Positions 48,826 through 62,276 of a stretch of 64,000 bases of DNA are shown here, in pieces. The stretch is taken from the NCBI GenBank assembly GCA_028534125.1, contig CM052816.1, positions 62,498,001 to 62,562,000 of the forward strand, read 5' to 3'. The number at the start of each line of letters is the position of its first letter. Within the stretch, counting starts at the first letter, position 1. The notes beneath the pieces were generated by a model. That model was not told the DNA's origin. It ran no database searches and saw nothing but the letters and a program-made list of their open reading frames with translations. The position numbers and the translations under genes were made by a program. This stretch comes from Lama glama (taxonomy: Eukaryota).

Positions 48826-50571
48826 TGACGGAGTAGCTGGCTAGTAGGCCCACCCCAACCAGTCTGCCTCCTCCAGCCCTCTGCAATCAAAACCTTTGCT
48901 AGCTTTCCTCTGACTTTCTCAGCTGCTTGGCCCGCTGCTTCCAGACCTCGTCCCCCCGCCCCCGCCCCCAGCCCTCAATCCCCTGCGCGGAAGGAGGGCG
49001 CACTGTGCGAAGAGGTTCCAGAGGCGGGGCAAGAGAGTCTGGGAAACTACCCGGATCTGTGACGTGCGTCTGAGGCTCAAACTTTGGCCTCAGAATCAGT
49101 TTTGATCCCAGCAATTGCCTCTTCCCTCTTCTGCCCCTTAAATCTTCACGGCTGAAGTTTAAGCCTCAGCGGTCCACGGCAAAAAAAAAAAAATTTCACA
49201 CAGGCCCTGCGCCCACTAAAGGCTCCCACCTGATCACTTCACTGCTAGGACTCGGACTTACTGTTCAGAGTGCTGAGCTCCATCCCCCAACAACCCCACC
49301 CCCGCCACGCCCTCTGGCCCTAGAAATGTTTAGTTTGTTTTTTTTTGTGGGGGTTTTTTTTTTCGGTCTCATTCCTTCTTTCCTATCTTCCCTTTTTTGC
49401 CCTCTCCAGTCCCTAAGCAGTAATTCGCTAGTCGGGAAAGGTGGGAGGGTCGGCTTCAGTGTCCCCGGGAATCCCCGCCTTCAGGTGCAGCCTCGCAGAG
49501 TAGCTCCGCCGCGCACAAACCCAGGCTTTGTTTGCTTGGATTCAAAACAAGTGGCCAGAAGTTGTCTCTTAAAGTGAACTTCTAAGTGTAAGGCTGGGCC
49601 AGTGGGAGAGAGCGAGGAGACAGTGCAGAACGAATTTATCCGTTCTTGCCTTGGTGTCAGCACTCACCAAAGAAACTGACAGTTACTGGGAAGGGAGAGC
49701 AGACTTGTATTAACTGGTTGCTGGCGAAGTCTGTGCGTGTTGGCATCGCCACTTACCTACTGTGGGAGGCGCCCGCCGGCCACACAGCGCGCGCTGGAGG
49801 CGCCTAGCTGCCAGGAGTCCGCGCGTCTTCCCAGCTCTCTCAGTTCTGGCGTGCGCTGCGCGCGCGCAGCGAGAACTATTGCGGAGCTGCTGGATCCCTC
49901 CGCCTACGCCCAGGACCCGCTGAAGAGGAGGTAAACAACAGTTCCGGTTTGCGGAAGCTGGCGGCGTTAGGTTCCGCGGAGTTCTCGGGCCCCGAAAGAC
50001 CAGCAGGACGCAAGGCGTGGCGTTGTCCAGGTGGCTCTAGCTGGCACACCCCTTGGAACCTGAAATGACAGTATTATCCAAAGGATGCAGACTCTTTCCT
50101 CTTAATTCACCCTCTAATTCCAATAGGGAGATAGTTCTGCTTAGCACGTCCTAGCACCACACAGGATTTGTTCTACTGGACGTCCAGGACACTTAGTTAC
50201 CAGGACCTTTGTTTCAAAATGGGAATTCTGGGCTTTCAGTAGAATGTGCCCCTATAGGTTAAGCACTATCCGTGACCTCAGAGGCGCTTAACTTAAATAA
50301 TGAGCCCCTAAAGGACTAGTTAGGTGTACTCTCTCTCTGGAGTCCCTGAGAATCAATCATGTACATTTGCTGCTTGGCTTGACTGTCCTGCACCACAGAT
50401 TTGCCAGAAACCGGCCTCTTACCATTTGAATATCGTGGAGCACTCCAAGCTTTCTTCCTCTCAAAAGTTATCCTTTCAGCCTTGCCACTCCCGCTGAAAA
50501 ACAGGTTATAATCTTTACTGCCCCCCGAACGGAAGTTTTTCGGTGCTGTATTTGAATGTAAATTTTATCCA

Positions 50572-50597
50572 CGTGACCGTGACCGTGACCGTGACCG
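50572..50597. repeat. (CGTGAC)4 hexamer tandem repeat
   Basis: Seen directly. Confidence 0.9.
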
Positions 50598-51463
50598 GGA
50601 TCAAGAGGTTTGTTAAAGTTAGATCTAGCCTCTAATTTTCTGATGAATAACTGTTTCGTTCTGCGGTAATTGCACAAATTTATAATTCTTACTCCCCCTC
50701 CCTTCCTGTGTACATTTAGAATGATTGCGTCTGCTGTTTTGAGAACCATGTTGCAAATGTTGCCAATGAAAAGTTCACTTGTGCTAAAATTAGGAAGGTG
50801 AAAAGACAGCTGTATCACTTGCAGTCACTTTATTGTTTTTGTCAAGCGGAACAAAGCCTCTATTTTTTTTTTTTTTCAGACCTAAACTGAGAGTAAGCAT
50901 CATATCCCGTTAAAACAGAAAAAGTCTAAGAACTCTGGGAACTCAGTGGATGGTTTGTCTATGCATATGTAATACTGATAAGGGGCTAATGGTAGATAAA
51001 ATAAGGGAGACTTCTCCAGTCTATCAATTATTTATTCAAAAATTCAATTTCTTTTTGCTCACAATAATTTAAGTAGAGCTATATGGAAAAAAAACTTTTC
51101 TGTATGTCTTCCTAAATTTTTAGAACAAATTATATATATAAAATAATTCAAGCCCTAGTTTTGCTCATCCAAATTATACCTTGGCCAGCCTTTAAAATTT
51201 TGAGACTTCCATTGATTTATGTCTTTTACAGAATTATGGCAATGACTTTTGAATATTTGTTCTTCCTGCTTTGGAGGAGGTACACAGGAATGGGGAAGGA
51301 GCATCCCATGGGAGTATAATGCCAAAGCAATAGAGAAATTTGAGGAATAAGAGCAAAAGAGCTGCATACCAGTAAAGAGCCCTGATGCTTTTTCTTCTTT
51401 TAAAGTATTGCATTAAGGTAAAGTATATATGCATCAAAATTGGCCTTCACTCCCCTCTGTGAC

Positions 51464-51499
51464 AATAAAGGACTTTAATAATGGTAATGCTATAATAAA
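51464..51499 (+). terminator. Candidate distal polyadenylation signals for HTR1A
   Basis: AATAAA at 51464-51469 and 51494-51499 in repeat-free AT-rich sequence, followed by a U/GU-rich stretch (tgtatttatttgtac). No transcript evidence. Confidence 0.4.
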
Positions 51500-54400
51500 C
51501 TGTTATCAGCAACACATGCATCTTTATTTTAATCAGAATCATGGTCTATTTGTATTTATTTGTACAATTGTAAAATTGAAGTTAAAAAAAATACAGTTAC
51601 CAGGAGAAGGTCCTGCTATACGGATCAGGGATCTGACACTTAGAGAAATAAATTTAGTTCTTAGTATAGAAACTCATTCTAGAGGAGTGATTCTTTTTTA
51701 AAAATATTCTGTCTCTGATAAGAGAAGGTCACATTTCATCATTTGGCCATGCAACCGTGCATTTTTCCTGACTGACACCTAAAGTTAAGATTTAGGCATC
51801 TGTCTAATATGGACAAGATGGGGGATTTGCAAGAGAGAAATGCAGCCTCTGGTAAAAGCACCAGGGGCCAATGCTGCGTTTTTAAAGCAGTGGACAGTGC
51901 TGAGTTCCCTCCTCTGTCTTCCCCACAATGTCCAGATGGAAGAAAACAGCCTCCCTGGTTTCAAATAAAGCAACATATTGACTTGGTTTCTCACTCAATG
52001 AAAAGTAGAAAGGCATTTTCCTTTCTGGCTGGGTCTCATTTAACAGTGGAGTTTTATATGTAACATCTATTACTATGTTAAAATTAATTCAGATGTTCTC
52101 TCTTCCCTACTGGAATCATCGGTAATGGCTCTTGTTTCCCATGTTATGTTTGTTCATTTCACTTCTTTCTGATGTCAGAATGACAGCTTCGGGGCAAGGT
52201 AAACCCACGTAAGTCCCAAGGGGAAAACAAAAGTCAGAGCTATTATGATCACAGAAGAGAGCTCTCTGAAGCTGCATGAAGCCTAGTTTAGGCGAGGTAT
52301 GTGCATTCATATCCTCCCAGTGATGGAAAGTAAAGACAGAAGTTGAGAGAACAAAAACTGTCTGGAGTTTTTCATTTGAAGACTGTTACATAAACACGTA
52401 TCAGACCGTGAGTAAAATGATGCATTTAGTATATTTGACTTTTACATTCTGAATATCTCCCTTCTTGGCCTTTGTTCTCTGCTTTGGCATCTTTTTCTCC
52501 AAGGAGACAATGGCTGTTCCCTACTGGGCTTCCGGAGCTTTATCACACTCCAATTAAGAGAGAATTATTATCCACCCCTTCCAGTGTGACTAACAAGCCC
52601 AGATAACCAATTAGCAGCATCACAAGCCAGGTTCTACTGGATTATGTTGAAATATGGGGCTATGAATTAATATAAGCTGCTGTTGACACCCTGAAGAAGT
52701 TTCCAACCTACTTGGGTATTCAAGAATAAACTGCTATGGCTAAGTAAAAACTCATGGCAGAATATAAGCATCATCTAAACAGGACAAACCACAGGAGTTT
52801 GGCTCCAGAAAAATGCAGAGGACAAGATCACTGTGGTCTGGGAGTGAGTAGGGAAGATAGGGTAGAGAAAGCTGTGCAGAATATCCAGGACTGAGCTCTG
52901 AGTACATGAGTAGTAATATAAAGAGAGAGAGATTCTTTATGAGGTGCCAAAGACAACCTGGTTCCTTCCTTCTTTCAAGTGAGGGCCTGAGATGAAGTTT
53001 TCACTTGGATTCCTAGGTGCATTAGCTTGGGTTGATTATGGAGGTCGTGATCCTACGGAAAGATGCAGGCTCAAAACTTCCCATATGTTATGTCAACCTG
53101 AGGGTCTGGGAAAAGAGAGAGGAGATGAGTCTAAAGCCAAAGGAGTTGGGTGAGGATGCAGGTAATTAACTAGACAAGAAGACTGGTATGAACAAAATAA
53201 AGGGCAGAGCATACGAAGGAGAAATTCATTAAACCATTAAAGAGTGACAACAGGGTGACCAGGGGTAGATACAACACAGTAATTCACATTTATGTAATGT
53301 TGGTGATTCTGCAGTGATTTTTACCCATAATATACCATTTGAATTTGAGGTAGGAGATCCTTCTGGAAATGCAAATTAGGCATTTTAGCCAAAGCAGAAG
53401 ATTCACACAGTAGTAGGTAAATACAGAGAAAAATCCTGGAAATCATATATGGCAGCATTACAATACCAGGTTAAAAACTAGATGTAGTTTTAGTTAGTGA
53501 GGACCACTAATTATATGCAGAAGTGTTCTGTTTGGGGGTAATTTCAATGATGCAGGTGTGAAACAATAAATGCCTGAATGTGGGATGCTGATGAGACGGA
53601 AAAATACATCAGAGAAAGAGCTGGCAGGACTTGGTGTCTGGATGTGAAGAGAGAGGGAGGTGAAGACGCTGATGAGGTTTTGAGCCAAGTAGATTTGGGC
53701 GAATGACGGAAAAGGGAAAGTGGGGAGTTGCTTCTCCTATGGCTCTTCGTTTTTTCAGTTTTTCTGGAAATAAGAGAAGGCTTTGTTCTCTGCTAAAAGA
53801 ATTTCCAGCCCAGATGGCAGGGATCTGCTGGTAAAGGTATTGATACACATGTCACAGCATGTGAACAATCTGTCGTTCGGGTGAGTGTGTGAAGATTGCC
53901 TCCTCATAAAGCAATGATTGGATGAATTCCCTGATTACTGATGCATTTTTTAAAAGTAGAATGTGTTTGTTGTTGTTTTTTTGGAGATAGCAAAATTCCA
54001 AGGAACTACAGTAACCTTTCAGGAAGGGTACCTCAACCACATCATGTTAGGCAGTGTGTTAAGAGTGACATGTGAAGCCCAAAAGACTGTGTCTATCCAG
54101 GCAACTAAATGGAGAGCAGAGCATTCCATTTTGCTCCTCAAGCCCACTTTCAGAAAGTTCACCAGGCCAGAATTTCAAGGAGCTATCTTGCATTGGCAAG
54201 TGGTCCTTTTCTTGTGTCTCAGCTGGTTTCATCTTTGAAGAGAGAAAAGGAAATGAGTTGGCTGGGAGGGGAAGAGATGGAGAAAGAAAGGAGGAGACAA
54301 CAGGACTCACCTATCTTGTTACTTGGCTAGCTGTGGAGATTGATGAGAAAGTGTTTTGAAACTACTCCAGAGTCCTTGGGGCAGAAGCACTCTGTGAAAT

Positions 54401-54739
54401 ACGGTGTGCTTCATAGTCTCTGGAAGCAATTAGTCTGACTGCAAGAACTAAAGAAGAGAAGAAGCAAACTATGAAAATTGGTTTTAACTGTAAAAGAACA
54501 GGAGAGCTAAGACTCTAATTGCAAATATTCACAAACAACATAATGTCTTGCAAGCTTATACTATATTGTAAGGATTTGCCAGAGAAGGGGTGATTTATGA
54601 AACAGCCTCTGGTTCAGGAGTGGTGGGCCAATTCACTCATTCTTTTGTTTGTTCAACTAATATTTCTGGAGCACCTATGGGCGAGGCACTTTCCTAGGAG
54701 CTTCGGATACACCAGTGAACAAATAAGATGAAGTCTCTC

Positions 54740-55240
54740 TGGTAGGTTGTTTACAAAAATGGCCACACGTGTCCACCATTTTTGCAGTGGGATTTTCAGC
54801 TTCTCCTATTAAGATATGCTCTCTCATCACTTGAATATGAGTTGGCCTGGTGACTTGCTTTGACCAATAAAACAGGGCAGAACTGATGTGATTACAGGCT
54901 GTGCACAGAACTCACTAGGCCTTGCCCTCTTCCACATGCTCCGACTGAACCCTGCCCAACCACCACGTGAACAACCTGGGTTCCTTTGCTGGAGACTGAG
55001 CAGTCACCTAGAGCAGAGAGGAGTCATCCCAGCTAAGGCCATCGTGGACCAGACCGGATTCAACTGACCCAGCAGCTGACTGCAGATGCACGGATGAGCG
55101 CAGCTGACCTCAGAAAAACCTCCCAGCTTCATTCATTCCACATTGTCAAAGCCCAGACCTGTGGATTCACTAGATGGTGGTTATTTTAAGGCACTACATT
55201 TGGGGAGTCATTTGTCACACTGAAAAGCTAACTAATACCG
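54740..55240 (+). mobile_element. MLT1 (MaLR) LTR nested in L2
   Basis: tggtaggttg...gtgacttgctttgaccaata...cagctgactgcagatgca...ttattttaaggcactacattttgggg...aaagctaactaatac. Confidence 0.85.
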
Positions 55241-55345
55241 TCACAGGCCTTGAGACATTTACATTCTAGAGAAGGAGAAAAGTAACAGCAAAACAACACA
55301 CACATATATATGTAGTATGTCAGATGGTCATCAGAATTACAAGGC

Positions 55346-55386
<41 letters not shown>
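55346..55386. repeat. (TAA)n microsatellite
   Basis: Seen directly. Confidence 0.95.
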
Positions 55387-55884
55387 GCTACAGTAATGAA
55401 TACAAAGAGTGCCAAGGTGGAGGGAGAGAGTCTTGCTGTCTTTTTTAGGGTGTTCAGGGAAGATCTTACTGTTTAGGTTGCACGGACACTTTGGAGGAGT
55501 TATTAGAGGCAGGAGGTTGTACCTCAATAGGAAAATGAGCACTCGAACAAATAAGTCTTAAATCCTAGACAGTTTACTGTGGAAACTACAGAGGGTGTAT
55601 TTCCAACAGGAAATTGCAGATTTGGGGATTTGCGTGCTCCGATTCTATGGTTTTCTCAGGTCCTGACAGCAGGCTCATTTAGGTTGAAGTTATTAGTATT
55701 CCACCTGTTTGGGATGAGATCCAGCCAGATCATGGGAGCCCTGAGTGGGGTCTTATTGAGTCTCATGGAGTCCCATAGCCCCCACGCTTCTGGCATGTAC
55801 CCTACGTGGTGATAAAAACCAACTGGAAAACCAAGTCAACTGAGTTTAACTTCCTACTATGCTACTACTGTCATCTTGCCATGC

Positions 55885-56385
55885 TGTATAGTTTTATTTT
55901 GGAAACAGGTCTATTGGGATAAAATTCACATCTTTACATTAACTCATTAAAGTTTCCAACTTGAAGGTTTTTTAGTTCATTCACAGAGTTGTGCAACCAT
56001 TACTGCAATTCATTTTAGAACATTTTCATCAACTGCCAAAATAAACTCTGTATCCATTAGCAGTCACTCCCTATTTCCCCCTAAACCCTTAACCCTAGGC
56101 AATGACTAATCTACTTTGTATCTTTATGAATTTGCCCCTTCTGGACATTCCATATAAATGGAATCATACAATATGTGATCTTTTTTGTAACTGGCTTCTT
56201 TTACTTAAGATGACATTTTAAAGACGTATCCATGTTGTAGTATGTATCAATACTATATTTCTTTTTATTGCCAAATAATATTCCATTTTATGGATATACT
56301 ATATTTTATTTGCCCAGTTATCCATTAATTTAGAACATGTAGGTTGTTTCCACTTTTTGGCTATTATAAAGAATGCTGCTGTGAG
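55885..56385 (-). mobile_element. L1MB-like 3' end
   Basis: ttcacagagttgtgcaaccat...tctggacattccatataaatggaatcatacaatatgtg...gtttccactttttggctattataaagaatgctgct. Confidence 0.85.
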
Positions 56386-57291
56386 AAATAAGAGAATAAA
56401 GTAAGACTTAAGAATGAGCTTGGTAACTGATAAAATACTAGAAAATATAGCTTCAACTTTCTTCCTTATATTGCTTTGTCTTTGCTTGACTTTGAAGTGA
56501 AGTTCCCCACCCCTTCCTCTTTCTCTCTCACTCTCTCACTATTGGCTCCAGTGGCTGGGAGACCTTATCGTTGCTTTCAGTTCATGATGCTTTTCACCGT
56601 GGACCACACTGCTACCACTCCTAAGCCTCCAGGGGAACCAGGTGGCTGGTATACTTCAGCTGCCAAGACAACAGTCATGAAAACCATAAAACGTGAGGAA
56701 ATTAAATACTTTTCTTTTCTTATATTTTAGTCCTGACAGAGTGTCATTAAATAATGGGGACATCAAGAGCTGGTTGTGAAATTCAAAGACTTTTAAGAGT
56801 CTGAGCCACTGTTCTCATTCTTCACTGTTACATAATGAAGCCTTGATCATCCCAGAGACGCACACTTGATTGGTGTCATCTGATGACATTCTAATTTTTG
56901 CATTAGCAATTTAGGAAAATGATTAATCTTAATTTGACCTAATTTTCTGTTTCTTATTTGGCATTTAAGCTTTGATGGAATAGTATCTGATCATATTCAA
57001 ATACTCAGTTGGTATGGATTTCTAATATTGCGCCCTTACCTTGACAATTTTTTGTTATGTAGCTTTTCATGTTGCTTAACATGCATCTTATCCTTTTAAG
57101 CATATTTTAATGGCATGTAGTGTGCTAGTAATGGGTTTGACAGCATCATCACTGATTTTTTTCATGAACATTTCATGAACATATGTACATGTATAATTTA
57201 TTACTTGGCATACTTAAGCATATCTTATAAAATATGATGTACTTTTAAGAAAATGATTTGTATGTACACATGTATAAAGTAAGCTGTAAAT

Positions 57292-57507
57292 CAATGGTTC
57301 TTCCCTGGGGGTGACCTGCTCCCCTTACCCTTGAGTGATATTTGGCAATGTCTAGAGACATTCTTTATCATCATGGCCAGAAGGGTGCTCCTGGCATCTA
57401 GCAGGTAGAGATCAGAGATGCTGCTAAACATCCCACAATGCACAGGACAGCCCCCACCACTAAACATGAGCCCAAATACAAACAGTGCCAAGGTTGAGAA
57501 ACTCTGA
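57292..57507. mobile_element. MER20 hAT-Charlie DNA transposon
   Basis: atttggcaatgtctagagacatt...ctggcatctag..ggtagag...gatgctgctaaacatcccacaatgcacaggacagcccc...agtgccaaggttgagaaactctg. Confidence 0.9.
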
Positions 57508-60500
57508 TCTAAGTGAATGGGTATGTGATCTCACGTTTTAGAAAGAAAAACATTTGAAGTACTGTGATGGCTAGCAAAGAGGTAGAACATGCATTTAGGA
57601 GGAGTCCAAGAATGAAAATGTCACAAACTCCACCTTGTTTTTGTAATACTTGTTAGCTTTTCCAGAAGCTTTCACACTTAGAATGTCATATAATTCTTAT
57701 ATCATCCCTGGGATGTAGAAATGGAAGAGTTTCCAAATAAATATGCGTTTTTTACAGATGCAGAACAGACACAGAGAACTTCACTGATTATCCTAAGGTT
57801 ACTTGACTGTTTAGAGATCCCAGAGCACTGAAGCCTCTGAGAAAGAGGTATATCTACCGATATAATGATAGGAGAGGAATTACAAGGCAGACTTTTTATG
57901 TTCCCAGGAGGAAAACAGGCTAGTCATGCTCATGTGCAAAAAGGCCAGCTCTGTCTTCTCTTGTCTTCTCATATCTCCTCAGGAAAGTGAAAAATCCCAG
58001 GGGAATAGGGTCACCATCTATCTATTAGTAAACATTGAATTAGATCATCATTTTAACTAAAACATATCTCTTTATTGATGTGGAATTAAACTCACTTGCA
58101 GTAACTTGAAATTTACATTTAGCATTAATCATGGTGTTTAAGGGAAGTAAATCTCAGATTCATCCTGTGAATTCTGCTTACGTAGCTGTGCTGAAACTGG
58201 GACAGCTCAAGCATATGGCCTGGCCAGTTTTTCCTGTTCAAGTTCTAAGCTCTGACTCCTCTTTCAGCTATTGAACAATGAATGCATTTATCACAGAATG
58301 CCATCGGTCAGTGTACAGATTTAGATGAGAAATGGGACAGGCACTGATGCCTAATAACTGTGGTGTTAACCTTGGATAATGGTGTCAGTGATTTTCAGAA
58401 TATTTAAGCTAGAGGAGAAATCCACTGTCATTTTCATCCTTGAGTTGCTCCTACTGTGTTATTTTGACCAGGAACAAAAATCTTTATGCTTTAACTTGGG
58501 AATGGTTAACATTGTGACATAATACCTCCTGTTTGAACAGTTGAAGTAATTAATTTTAAATGAAGTAGAGCTACAGTGCAAACTATCTCTGTATAAATAT
58601 TGATTATTCAGAATAAGTTCTATTTAAGCATGTTCCAACAACTTGCACAAACCTTTGAAAGTGAGTGCACAAGGAAAAGTTGCAAAGCTATTCATCTTAT
58701 CTTATCAACTTACTCATTTGTCAATCAAAGGTTTTCTCAAATTTAGATTGGAGTAAGGGTTTGTTTTCAATATTTTTACTGAGTTTCTACTAGGTATCTC
58801 GCACCGTGGACACCCTGAAGAGCCATATATGTTCGTACATGTTTTCTGCAGGTAAACACTTTTAGTTAGGCTGTAGGTTGGTGTAAATTCTGGAGTACCC
58901 ATAGGGAGATGAGGGTAGCCAAGCAGCAGAGAGGAAGGGCTGTCAATGGTGAGGGCTGTCAGTGTCCCAATATAAAGGAGAAATTCCTAGAAATTTGCAA
59001 CTTAGTGGGAGGCAGGCAAAACATGAAAGGTAAGAGGACAAGGAAAATCAGGGGATAAAGTGACCCCACAGCAGTGTTTTCAAGCTATTTATATAGTTGA
59101 ATGGTGATGAAGTGAGTTGGGATCAAAATTCCCAATATTAGCCACTGAATTAGTTCGTTGAATTCGGAGGAGTTGTCTGTAAATACTTATATGCTAATGG
59201 TTGGTCTTAATTCTCGCTAATTTGAATTACCAGGGGGGTTTTACATATATGAATGGTTGTACCCCCACCTGGAGATTCTGATTCATTAAGTCTAGCATTA
59301 GGCCTGGGAAATTACCAGTAACACAGCAAACAAAGAAATCTCCATGGGTCATTTCAAAATACAGAAAACCACGGATACAAAGGGGGCAGAAAATATCTGA
59401 TGGCATTTATCAGAAAACTCATCACGTATGAAGAGGTGACATGTGCTTCATGAGGATGTTAACTTTATGAGTCTGAGACTTTAGCGTGGAGACAGATGAC
59501 ATTGGGGGCTAGCTTCCACCCTTTGGGAAAAAAATGAGAAAAGGCCAGTAAAACTTTACTCCTGGTCTCCTGCTTATGCCCAGAAGACGTCTGGGAACCA
59601 ACAATTTAGCTAACAAGTTAGAACTCAGCATAAACAGAAACTAACTACAAATGGACTTAAAAACAAAGTGATCAATATTTAGGATATCTGCATGACACAA
59701 ATGCATCAGTTTTCAATCTTGTGGAAGTTAAAAATGACTGCCAGAGATGAAAAGGTTAACACTGTCCTCTGGAAGCCAGAATGGGGGCTTGTTGTTGGTA
59801 GAACATTACTGCTCAGTGTCAGGAAAGAGATGTATGTGTGCCTATTGCACAAATTACCTTTATAGACAGATAAAGACGTTTTCAAGTCTGAGGTTGTGAA
59901 TGACAAATCACATTCCTGGAGGTGTAGAATGAGTTAGGTGATTGATCCATATAATGTCTCAAGAATAAACAGGCACCATTAACAAGGAGCAGGATGATAG
60001 GTCAGTGTTTGTTTTGGCAAATACAATTTTGATCTCCCGCATCCTAAGTCTTTGGTAAATTTGACTTTAAGCATTGTTTAGAGATGTGCACTAACCTAGG
60101 TGAAACAATTTATTTAATCTGTCATCATTTTAATAGGAATGTATTTAGCAATGCAAATTATTTGACAAAAATACATCCTCTGAGGGAAGTTTAAGACTAG
60201 TTTTTAAGGAGTTAGACGATTAGAACAAGTACTGTATCCCGATAGATGTTAATTTTGTTGACGTTAAACTGTCCTTGCTCTCCTATACACCCTAAACAAT
60301 TTGCTGTTAAAAGTTGTTGATAGATTGCTCCCATCATGCCTATGGTATAATTTGTTAAAGCTAAAAGTGGAAAACTTTAAAATTGTATAATGGTTCAGTT
60401 TCCAACATCATTTGAGTTCCTACATTTAATTCTCACCTTTCCTAAATTCCTAATACAATCAATAAGAAATAGAAAAAGATTTTAAAAATACCCATATAGA

Positions 60501-60624
60501 TTATATCAGTGGGGAGGAAGAGGTAAAGCTGCCATCAACAGGCTAGATATTTTCAGAAATTTCTGAAAGATGTAGTATAAATAGTACCAGATCTGAGGAA
60601 GATATCTACATGCCTAGAATATAA

Positions 60625-61600
60625 TGAATTCATCCATCCATTCATTCTTCTACAAACTTAGTTTACAAATATTTATTGAGCACCTACAATGTGTCACGTA
60701 TTTGAGGCACTGAAGAGCACAAAAGCGAATAGCACTGACACAAACTTTGCTCTCATGAGATCTAGTGTGGAGAGACATAGTCCAGAAATTAATGAGCAAA
60801 CAAGATACTTTCAAATACTGATAAAGGACTACAAAAAGCAAAACATAATATGGTAATAAAGAGGATTCCTGGGGGAGGGACACTAGTGGTGGTGGCATGA
60901 AGCAATATTTTGTTGCATGTCAGGAAAGACCTCTCTGAAGATATGACAGTAGAGCTGAGATCTGGATAATGGGAAGGAATCAGCCACAAGAAGATCTGGA
61001 GGAACAGCATTTCGGGCAGATGAAATAATGAATGCAAATGCTACGAAGAAGCAGAGGGGTCCAGTGTGGCTGAAGTAGAGTAAAGGAGGGAGAGAGCTGC
61101 AAGATGTGATGTCAAAATAGAGGCAACCTCACTACAAAGGCAGCCAAGTGTATGCCTCAGGGTCCCGCATTTGCATCAATTCTTGTAAGACCTTGGACTT
61201 AATGTTGTATTATTTTTCTTGAATTGGGCTCTTCAAGTTGCATAAGCTTTAGGTTCCTCAAAGCTTGGATTCAGCCCTGAGTCAGAGGTTAAGGGTCAGC
61301 AAGATCTTACAGGCTCTGGGAAAGGCTTTTGAAATTTTATGTTGTTAACCTGGGAAGCCTTGGAAGGTTTGGGGCAGTACAGTCCTATGGCCTGATGTGT
61401 GCCGTGTATTGCAGAAGGACTCCTGTGGCCACTGTCTATGGACTATGTAGGTGGGTAGGAATGCAAAGTGAGGCCCCTTAGCAGTCTTTGTTAGGAGTTG
61501 CCCCAGTGGCTTGGGAGAGGGTGGCTTGGAACAGTGAGGCAGCAATGGAGATGGCGGGAAGGGGACCTGTGAAGACCTTACCCGAATAGCATCTCTAAGA
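60625..61600 (-). mobile_element. L2 (antisense), with an unrelated insert at about 61125-61280
   Basis: aaatatttattgagcacctacaatgtg...gtcaggaaagacctctctgaaga...tgggaagccttggaaggttt. Confidence 0.75.
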
Positions 61601-61851
61601 AATATCCTTCTAAGTCCCAGCTGAAGGCTTGGGTGGGAAGTGGGTAGCAACTAGAAGTCAATTCTTAATCCTACTGATGACTTTGAGAAATGCATTAGTG
61701 AACAAAACCACTAGTTAAAAGGCTAATGGGATTTTTTTTAAAGAATAATATTCATTAGTAGTGAAAATGTGATGACAATGGACACTCATACATACCGCTG
61801 ATAAAATGAAAATTGGCACAAGTTTTTCTGAAGAGAAATTGGTGCTCGAAA

Positions 61852-62264
61852 TGTTACGGAAATGACAGGCCAGCCAAGAAACAAGCACCACTCGGAGGGT
61901 TGGAGTACTCAGATGTATTACGCCGGCGGGCTCAGAGGGGCTTCTGCTTCGAAGCTCTGAGCACCTCCAAGACGTGCGCATGAGGTTTTATAGGGTAAAG
62001 TACAAGCCTGGGGTATTCGGCCAATAGGCATGGAACAGCTTTAGCAGCATTATCGTCACAAAAGTGGAGGCGGGGAGGCAGCAAACAAACATTCCAAAGC
62101 CAGATATGTATCTTTGAAAACCCAGCTGGCTGGCAAAAAACATGAACAGCAAACCAACACTAATTAACCTAGATTTACAAGTTAGTCCAGCAGAACTCAG
62201 ATCAGTATTCCGATACTTAGATTTGTGAGTTATCTTGTTAGACCAGCCCGGCTTGTCCTTCACA
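61852..62264 (-). mobile_element. CpG-retaining ERV solo LTR
   Basis: TG...CA ends (tgttacgg...ccttcaca); minus-strand TATAAAA (ttttata at about 61986-61992) with a CCAAT nearby; flanks only partly duplicated. Confidence 0.75.
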
Positions 62265-62276
62265 AAATCATAAACC

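Larger units (their letters stand above)
54630..55560 (-). mobile_element. L2 (antisense) interrupted by an MLT1 LTR
   Basis: attcactcattc..ttcaactaatatttctggagcacctatg...cagtgaacaaataagatgaagtctctc, resuming at about 55240 (acattctagagaaggag). Confidence 0.7.

Noticed and set aside
48826..51500. miR-135 seed site reported for HTR1A 3'UTRs
   Set aside because: I did not find AAGCCAT or AGCCATA by eye, but a manual scan is not reliable enough to claim presence or loss.
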